DNA of 64,000 bases, taken from the human T2T-CHM13v2.0 reference genome, Homo sapiens. The number at the start of each line of letters is the position of its first letter. Positions within the stretch are counted from its first letter, which is position 1. Below the pieces are notes generated by a model, which did not search any database, was not told the origin of the DNA, and worked only from the letters and a program-made list of their open reading frames with translations. The position numbers were made by a program, and so were the translations under genes. The stretch is from the NCBI RefSeq assembly GCF_009914755.1, contig NC_060942.1; one strand, given 5' to 3'. Of the stretch, positions 55,651 through 64,000 are shown piece by piece.

Positions 55651-57079
55651 GAAAAAATAAAAAAATAAGATTCCTGACTCATTTTTTGCTAAAAATATGA
55701 CTTAAGCATTATTTAGAAATAGAAAGGGAAGAATCTGATAAAAGAGGATGAAAATATACTATTGATACAGAGGTGGTTGCCAAACTATGCTTGGTTGGAA
55801 GTAGCATAGTGTTTGATATTAGTTACTGATAATAAGACTTTCTGTTGCAATCTGGAAATGATAGCAACTGAATTCTAGAAGCTAGCAAAATTAGAAGAGA
55901 AATGCAAACTGAAGGCAAGCTGACTAAAATTCCAGTTTCTTGTTGTTGCTTTTAGCCTTAGCAAAAGCGAAAGTAAGTTCTGAAGTTGCGTTTCATCCTC
56001 TCTGGCTGTCAAAAGAAACCTCAACCATAGGAACTTGGACACTATAACTTTTGGTGAGCCAGCTAAGCCTGAGGTTATAACCTGCTACAACTAAGAAGAT
56101 AATTCAAGTGGGGCAAGTACATGATACAAGGGAGGAAACAACCGAAGTAAGGGATTGTTCTGTGAAGTAAGAGAGTATTTTGTACAGGGTTACAAGCCTT
56201 GCCCTGATGAAGCTTTATTCAAATGGCTTCTGAGAATTTTAGATCCGTAGTATTGTCTCTGGCTTTGAACGCTGTTGAGGGAGGGGAATGTTTGCACTCA
56301 TCCCGCATCCTTTTTTGGCTGCTATCTTTGCGGGGATTGTTCAAGGAGAAATCCATCCTGACTGGAATGTAGTAAAGAAAGGACAGTCATTCCCAGAGAA
56401 GGGCAATTTCCCCACTCTTCCCTTGTCGTTAAATGGTCAACTGAAGCTGCAGAAATGCTGATGATACAGACATTACTGGCCTGACTATATGACAATGAAA
56501 TGACCTCCATCTGGGATGCTCCTCATCCAGCTTATGAGTGCTGCTGTTATAAAAGACACCCCACCACCATGAACACCATATGTGATTTTGCTTTGGGGAC
56601 CTAAAAAGGATGTGAAAGAGACAGCTTTGGATTTTTATTCCCAACTTCCTCCTACCAGACTTCAAGATAATATTATACAAAGTGTAGGGTTTTATACAAG
56701 AAAGTAAATTTAAAAAAGAAAAGGTGAAGAATTCTTTAGATGTTTAAGAATTAGAAGCCTTTAGATGTTTAATCTAAAATGACATGAAAAAGGAACAAAT
56801 GGGCAGAGTACCCGCCAGATCTTTGATGAAATTTTTCAGGAAGCGAGAGAAATACAAACTGCTTCTTCTCAAACTTCCTAAGATATGAAAATACCAAAGC
56901 AAATATACTTGGCTTGTCTAAGATTAGGGGAATTTCAGATAGAGAAAGGTTCTCATGAGCCTCCAGCACCAGCACTGAATTCCAAAATATCTGCTTTTAT
57001 TTTTTTTTCTTTTTGCAACCTTTTTTTTTTTTTTTTTTTAGATTCAGGGAGTACAAGTGCAGGTTTGTTATGTGGGTTG

Positions 57080-59362
57080 TGTATTAGTCCTTTCTCACAC
57101 AGCTGTGAAGAAATATGAGACACTGGGTAATTTATAAAAAAAGGAAGTTTGAATCACAGTTCCTCATGGCTGGGGAGGCCTCAGGAAACTTACAATCATG
57201 GTGGAAGGCACCTCTTCACAGGGTGGCAGGACAGAGAATGGGTGCCCAGCAAGGTGGAAAGCCCCTTTTAAAAATATCGGATCTTGTGGGAACTCAGTAT
57301 CATGAGAAGAGCATGGAGAAAACTGCCCCCATGATTAAACTATCTTTACCTGGTCCCACCCTTGATACATGGGGATTATTACAATTCAAGATGAGATTTG
57401 GGTGGGGACACAGGACCAAACCATATCATTCTGCCCCTTGCCCCTCCCAAATCTCATGTTCTCACCTTTCAAAACACAATCATGCCTTTCCCACAGCCCC
57501 CTACGTCAGCTCATTCCAGCATTAACCCAAAGTCCAAGTCCAAAGTCTCATCTGAGACAAGGTAAGTCCCTTCCACCTATCAGCCTGCAAAATCAAAAGC
57601 AAGGCAGTTACTTCCTACATACAATGAGGGCGCAAGGATTGGATAAATACAACCATTCCAAATGGGAGAAATTGGCCCAAAGGGGATACGGGCCCCATGC
57701 AAGTCCGAAATCCAACAGGGCAGTCATTAAACCTTAAAGTTCCAAAATGATCTCCTTTGACTCCATGTCTTACATCCAGGGCACACTGATGCAAGATGTG
57801 GAGCAGCTTGGACAGCTCCACTCCTGTGGCTTTGCAGGGTACATACAGCCCCACTCCTGGCTGCTTTCACAGGCTGGTGTTGAAAGTCTGTGGCTTTTCC
57901 AGCTGCGTGGTACATGCTGTCAGTGGTTCTACCATTCTGGGGTGTGGAGGATGGAGGCCCTCTTCTCACAGCTCCACTAGTCAGTGCCCCAGTGGGGATG
58001 CTGTGGTGGGGGCTGTGATGAAACATTTCCCTTCTGCCCTCCCCTAGTAGAGGTTCTCCATGAGGACTATGCCTCTGTAACAAACTTCTGCCTGGACATC
58101 CAGGCATTTCCATATATTCTCTGAAATCTAGATGCAGGTTCCCAAACCTCAGTTATTGACTTCTGTGCACCCACAGGCTTAACACCATGTGGAAGCTGTC
58201 AAGGCTTGGGGCTTGCATCGTCAGAAGCAATTTCCCAAGCTATGCCTTGGCCCCTTTTAGCCATGGCTGGAGTTGAAGCAGCTGAAACAGGCACCAGGTC
58301 CTGAGGCTACATAGAGCTGGCGGGCCCTAAGCTTGGCCCACAAAACCAGTTTTTCCTCCTAGGCCTCTGGGCCTCTGATAGAAGGGGCTGTGTGAAGGTT
58401 TCTGACATGCCCCGAAGACATTTTCCCCTTTGTTTTGGTGATTAACATTTGGCTTCTCACTACTTATGCAAATTTCTGCAGCTTGTACTTCTCCCCAGAA
58501 AATGGGGTTTTCTTTTCTATCCTATCGTCAGGCTGCACATTTTCCAAAATTTTATGCTCTGCTTCCTCTTGATTGCTTTGCTCCTTAGAAATTTCTTCCA
58601 CCAGATACCCTAAATTGTCTCTTTCAAGTTCAAAGTTCCACAGATCTTTAGCGCAGGGGCAAAATGCTGCCAGTCTCTTTGCTAAAACATAGCAAGAATT
58701 ACCTTTATTCCAGTTCCCAACAAGTTCCTCTTCTCCATCTGAGACCATCTCAGCCTGTATTTCATTTTCCGTATCACTATCAGCATTTTGGTCAAAGCCA
58801 TTCAACAAATTTCTAGAAAGTTCCAAACTTTCCCACATCTTCCTGTCTTCTAAACCCTTCAAGTCTCTAGGAAGTTCCAAACTTTCCCACATTTTCCTGT
58901 CTTCTTTTGTGTCCTCCAAATTGTTCCAACCTCTGCCTGTTACCCAGTTCCAATGTCGCTTCCACATTTTCAGGTATCCTTATAGCAGCACTCCACTCTA
59001 TTGGTACCAGTTTACTGTATTAGACTGTTCTCTTGCTGCGATGAGGAAATACCTGAGACTGGGTAATTTATAAAGAAAAGAGGTTTAATTGACTCACAAT
59101 TCTGCATAGCTGGGAAGACCGCAGGAAACTTACAATCATGGCGGAAGGCACCTCTTCACAGGGCAGCAGGAGAGAGAAGCGGTGCCGAGTGAAGAGGGAA
59201 GCCCCTTATACAACCATCAGATCTCATGAGAACTCACTATCATGAGAACAGCATCAGAGAAATTGCTTTCATGATTCAGTTATCTCCATCTGGTCCTGCC
59301 CTTGACATATGGGGATTATAATTCAGTGTGAAATTTGGATGAGGACACAGATAACCATATCA
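57080..59362 (-). mobile_element. Full-length THE1-type MaLR (LTRs 57080-57428 and 59016-59362 plus internal region), TSD ggttg/ggtag
   Basis: Two homologous LTRs tgtattag...ccatatca; internal ORF remnant 58464..58967 (WESLELPRDL..NGFDQNADSD). Confidence 0.93.
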
Positions 59363-59410
59363 GGTAGATTCTGTGTCACTGCAAAATACCTGCTTTTAAT
59401 AGTAAGGCAC

Positions 59411-59978
59411 TATATTAATTTTCTATTGCTGCAGTTTAAAGCAACACGAATTTATTATGTCCCAGTTCAGTAGATTAGAAATCCAGTACATTCAGCTAGT
59501 CTTTCTACTTCAGGTCACAAAAATCTACAATCAAGGCGTCAGAAGGCTCTGCTCCTTTTTGGAGTCTCTAGGAAAGGACCCACTTCCAGGCTTCTAACGT
59601 TGCTGTTGGAATTTACTTGTATGTGGTGGTAGGACTGAGGGCTCTGTTTCCTTGACAACTTCTGTCTGGGAATTATTCTCCACCTACATTTCCTGACTCA
59701 TGGCCCACTTCAAAGCCAGTGACAGTGGGGCAAGTCTTTCTCCTGCTTCAAATCTCTTCAACTTTCCTTTCTGCTGCAACTCTCCCTCTTCTGCTTTTGA
59801 GGGCCTGTGTGGTTATTTTGGGTCTCCCTGAATAATCCAAGATTCTCTCCATATCTTAAAGTCACCTGGTTAATTTTATCCGCAAAATCCCTTCAGAGCA
59901 GTAACTGGATTAGTTTTTGATTGACTGAGCAGACTATGGGAACTTGGAATGGACACCTTTAGAATTCTGCCTACCACA
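59411..59978 (-). mobile_element. MLT1 (D/E-like) solo LTR, TSD ggcac/ggcaa
   Basis: tattaattttctattgctgc...ttagaattctgcctaccaca. Confidence 0.85.
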
Positions 59979-62829
59979 GGCAATAATGGATGAAGAAGGG
60001 TGATGTGAAGGACTGGGCCTCTTGACCAAATTCCTGTGGGGGAACCAAGGCCTTGTACAGATGTGTGGGTGAAATGGCCTAGAGGTGGAGAAGCAGCCCT
60101 TTTATGTCAGTTAGGTACAGGAACGTTGCCTCGGTCTGCTAATGAGTCCATTCAGGGTGATAGAATTAATTTAGGGGAATGGGGAGATGCTTCTGGAAGA
60201 AGGATAAACATTAAAATCTCATTAAAAGTTGAAATACATGATTTTCAAAAGTATACCATGGGGATATCTCCCTTACCTGAAGGTATAATTGGTATGGATA
60301 GAATAATTGGCTGCAAATTCTTCCTCCGACTGAGTGAAATTTTTTACATATGAAATAACTTGTAGGTCTGCTCTTCATTCAGTACTAATTGGATATGAAA
60401 AATGGGAACTGTTAGAGTTACCTAAGCCTATTCAAATAATAAATTTGAAATGCTAACTAACATATGCCTACAGCAACAAAAAATTACCGCCTTAATTAAG
60501 GAAATGTTACCTGCAGGCGTGTTTGTGTCTACACACTCTGTATAGTGCCCTGATGTTGCCAGTGAGAGAGGCTGATGGACGATGGAGACTATCAGTAGTT
60601 ACTGGAAACTCCATTAAACAATAACTTTAATAGCTTCAGAAGTCCCTGATATAATCCACACTATTCAACTGCTAAATAGACTATTAAACAAGCTAAAGGT
60701 GACTGGTTTTCTGTAATTGACCTGGCTAATTTTTTTGCAATATTAGATGTCAGGAAGAGTCAACAACAATGTGCATTCCTGTAGAATGGTTTTCAACATA
60801 CATTTGCCTCAAGGATTCTTGAATTCCTCCCTGCATATTGTCACAATCTGGTGAGGCAGATCTAGATGCAATACAGTGTCCTAATGCTCTATCCTGATGA
60901 TTCTATGATTATCTCTGAAACTGAGAGTCAAGCTAAAAGCAGCTTTACCATGATCATGAATCTGATTGGGGATCTGATTGCAGATGGTTCATGAACCCTA
61001 AACAAATCTAGGACCCTGTAAAGACTGTAAAATTTGGGAAGAGTCCATGGATTGGAGTACCAAATGACACACAAAAGACTACAAGGAAGAAAAGGTTCTT
61101 GCTCCTCTCCCCTCAGACTAAATGAGAGAACTAATGCCAAATAGACCTATTTGGGTTTTGGAAAAATCGTTATCATCTACTTTGGGATACAATTGGCTCC
61201 ATCCCATTAAATCACCTGGAAAAAGTCCATTTGAAGGGAAGCTTGAACAAAACAACAAGCCTTGGAACTGCAGAGCCTGTAGTTGAAGCTGTCCTGTTTG
61301 GACCATATTGTGCTAATGCTGAGATAATATTCAGAATGTCAGTCACCTGCATTCATACTGACTCCAGTCTCTGGCTAAAGCCCATAACCATGGTCAATAG
61401 TGACTTCTGTGTTTTTGGAATAGAAAATTACCTAGTACCATTCTCTGGTATATTTCTTTTAAAGACAGTTACTAGATAGTCACTGGGCATTTATTAATAC
61501 AGCCCCAATAATTGGAGGACATAAAATTATATGAACTCCTGAACTACCTCTTATGTCATGAGTAATGTCAATAAAGCATCCCAACATGCAGGCAAATGTT
61601 CATAGAAATTCCGCCATAACGTGGAAGTAACTTCACAGAAGCAGTCTGCTATGATATGCAGTGGGACTCAATGTATTCATGAGCAAGTGGCCTTTTTCCA
61701 TTAGGACTTTCTGAAAAGCCATCTGAAGACTTGGCTGCTACTGCTACTGGCAGGCCTAACCTTTCTACCAGTTGCCTCAAGGATACATGGCAATTGGCCT
61801 GGTTTACAGGTGACAATTCCAGAATGGAGTGCCATGGCTCAGTATGGAAAGCAGCTGTCTTGTGTCCAGCAGCTAGTAAATTCTTCATGGGAGAATAGAC
61901 CAGATTGGCAGCCTACTGGGCAGAATTACAGGCTCTGTTCCTGGCAGTAATAGAATTGACACAAATAAAATCCCAATGATTTGGGTGCATATTGACTCTT
62001 GGACTGTTTTTAATGGACTTTCAATTTGGTCTAGCAAGTGGACTGTAGATAATTGGACAATAAAGATACCCCTGTCTCAGATATTGCTCTTTCTATAATT
62101 CTGAGTGCAAATCAAAGTAAATCATACTGTTGTTCATCAAAGAACTTCTAGTTTCTCAAGGTGATTGGAATCAACAAGTTGATGCTTTAGTTCAATCTCT
62201 TGAAGTGGCAATATGGGTCTATGAAATGAGTGGACATTCTGGAGGTCAAGCCATGCAATGATGGGCTGACTGGCAATGTATACTACTGGACTCTGCTGAA
62301 GCTCAAATTTCTTATAAAAATAGATTATTCTGCTTGCCAGCAGGAGAGGCAACATTTGAAGTCATTTCTGAGAAGTAATCCCAGGGAAGAAAGTCTAACA
62401 TATAACAGGGAAGTAGATTATATTGCCTCATTTCCTGTTCATTCAAGGGTATTTGAATAGAATATACAAGCATAATAGATATTCTTGATTTGGCTTTGCA
62501 TTTCGATATCTGAATTCATGGCTGCTAATACTACCCAAAGATTGAACAACAGAAACAAAATTATGGCATGAGTTTTGTCCTCCTAGTTAAATTCCTCATG
62601 TCAAGGTGAAGCTTTCAGACTGTGCACCAAGATTATGTTGCAACTGTGCTCTTGCATTATCTCCTCAGCTTTAGGCACAGCTGGCTGTGACCTGAAGCAG
62701 GCAGAATGCTGTAGTCTATTGCTGCTTGCCTTAAGCAGCCTCATGATTTACATCAATGTGCCCTAAAAAATTATAACTTTTTCTGGGTGTTATCCTGCTC
62801 GAGATGTTGAGAAACACCAGGATACACAA

Positions 62830-64000
62830 TAAGGATCAATAATATTCATCAAACATTGTTAAGAGTAAGACAAAAAAAATAGAAGAATTTCCTTTAATAT
62901 CTGGAATTGGATGAGAAGTTCAATATTACCACACCTATTAAATATTGTACTGAAAATCCTAGCTTGTGTAGTAAAAGAAAAAAGAGAAAGGGGTAGTGTA
63001 AGGATGGGAAAGGAAAGCAAAATTGTTATTAATCATGGATAAGGCACCATATATTGATTTTTTTTTAAAAAAGTTCATGTATTCTGCGGGAGTAAATTTA
63101 AAAAAAAAGTTCATGCAAATTATAAGCATTAGTAAAGGTTTACCAAAGTAGCTAGGTTTATGGTCATTATGCAATAATACATTGTGTTACTTTAAAATAG
63201 CAATCAAGAGAAAACATGCATTTAAAAAATCATTAATGTTAGTAATAAAATGCTGCATTATAATTAATCTAAAGATGTGGCAGCTATATGAAGAAAATTA
63301 TGACACTTTTTAAAGAAATTAAACAAGATGCCAATAAATGGAGAGATAAAGCACTGCAGTGGATAGATAACATCACAAGATACCCGTTATCCCCAAGATT
63401 ATCTATCGATTCAATGAAATTTCAATGACAATTTTAAGAAGTCTTTTTCAGGGACCTTGATATGTTGATAAAAATTTATAGAGAAGAGCAAAAGTCCAAG
63501 TATATCCAAGAAACTAAGATGGAAGAGCTTATTCTGCTAGATATCAAGATTTTACTGAGGGCAATGTAGTGTTGACACAGGGATAGACCAACTGACCAGT
63601 GGAATACAATAGCTCAGAAACGAATTCAGGCATTAATGGAAACTTGACGCATGACTTGATATATCACGTTGGAGAAAACTGGAGAAAAGCTTATAATGTA
63701 CTCAGACAATTTTAATCCCCATAAAGACAAAACAATTAATTTGGGTCCAAACCCTACACAATTGACAAAAAGCAGTTCCAGCAAGAAAAAAGACAAATGA
63801 GCAAGCAAAACATGAAAGTCTTGATAAGAATATATAGAACATCTTTGATACTTAGTGGTAGAAGAGGATTTCCTGAATACAAATGTTGCAAGTCAAAGGG
63901 AAAAGATTGGTTTATTAATTGAAAGACACCATGAAGAAAGTGAAGTGAAAAGACAAGCAACAGAATTGGAATTGTTATGTGCAACTAAGTAACTACTATA
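62830..64000 (+). mobile_element. Old L1M ORF2 remnant
   Basis: aatattgtactgaaaatcctagc, aataaatggagagata, ttatctatcgattcaatg, gatagaccaactgaccagtggaatacaatag. Confidence 0.75.

Larger units (their letters stand above)
54290..62600 (+). mobile_element. Degenerate ERVL-class provirus (5' LTR ~54290-54871, gag ~55680-57000, pro/pol ~59980-62600), interrupted by several later insertions
   Basis: PBS-like gttgacgttggaaatgggat after the LTR; gag PDEALFKWLLRILD (~56200); RT LPVREADGRWRL (~60560), WFSVIDLAN (~60715), LPQGFLNS (~60805), YPDD (~60890); RNaseH AWFTG, WAELQA, DSWTVFNGL; IN WVYEMSGH, VDYIASFP. Many stops and frameshifts. Confidence 0.85.

Noticed and set aside
57115-58967. ORFs of 77-167 aa as a possible domesticated gene
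   Set aside because: Standard decayed THE1 LTR and internal sequence; fragmented frames with no evidence of preservation.

Overview
This is eukaryotic, primate (very likely human) genomic DNA, not prokaryotic. The minus strand carries the complete 16-coding-exon TMX3 gene (thioredoxin-related transmembrane protein 3, PDI family). I assembled the exons by hand: all introns are GT-AG, and the CDS is 1365 nt = 454 aa + stop. The protein has a signal peptide, a CGHC active site, a C-terminal transmembrane segment and a KKKD ER-retrieval tail. A ~3.2 kb 3'UTR ends at an AATAAA near 7815. A CpG-island promoter at ~48.6-49.65 kb has tandem NRF1 sites, a GAS site and a plus-strand splice donor consistent with a divergent transcript (CCDC102B is the known head-to-head neighbour, from recall). 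The rest is a dense, nested fossil record of Alu, L1, L2, MIR, MaLR (THE1/MST/MLT1), ERVL gag/pol remnants, MER52 and DNA-transposon MITEs. Repeat subfamily names are from memory of consensus sequences and need RepeatMasker confirmation. I found no novel multi-gene system. The most unusual observations are: (1) an AluJ plus ~450 bp of foreign DNA plus an A-tail bracketed by one 16-bp target-site duplication (TSD), a candidate Alu-led 3' transduction; (2) a local templated copy of an L1 5' end pasted into an MLT1 LTR; (3) candidate poison exons and intronic polyadenylation in TMX3 intron 8; (4) inverted Alus around exons 7-8; (5) an 80-bp MIR-derived tandem repeat.
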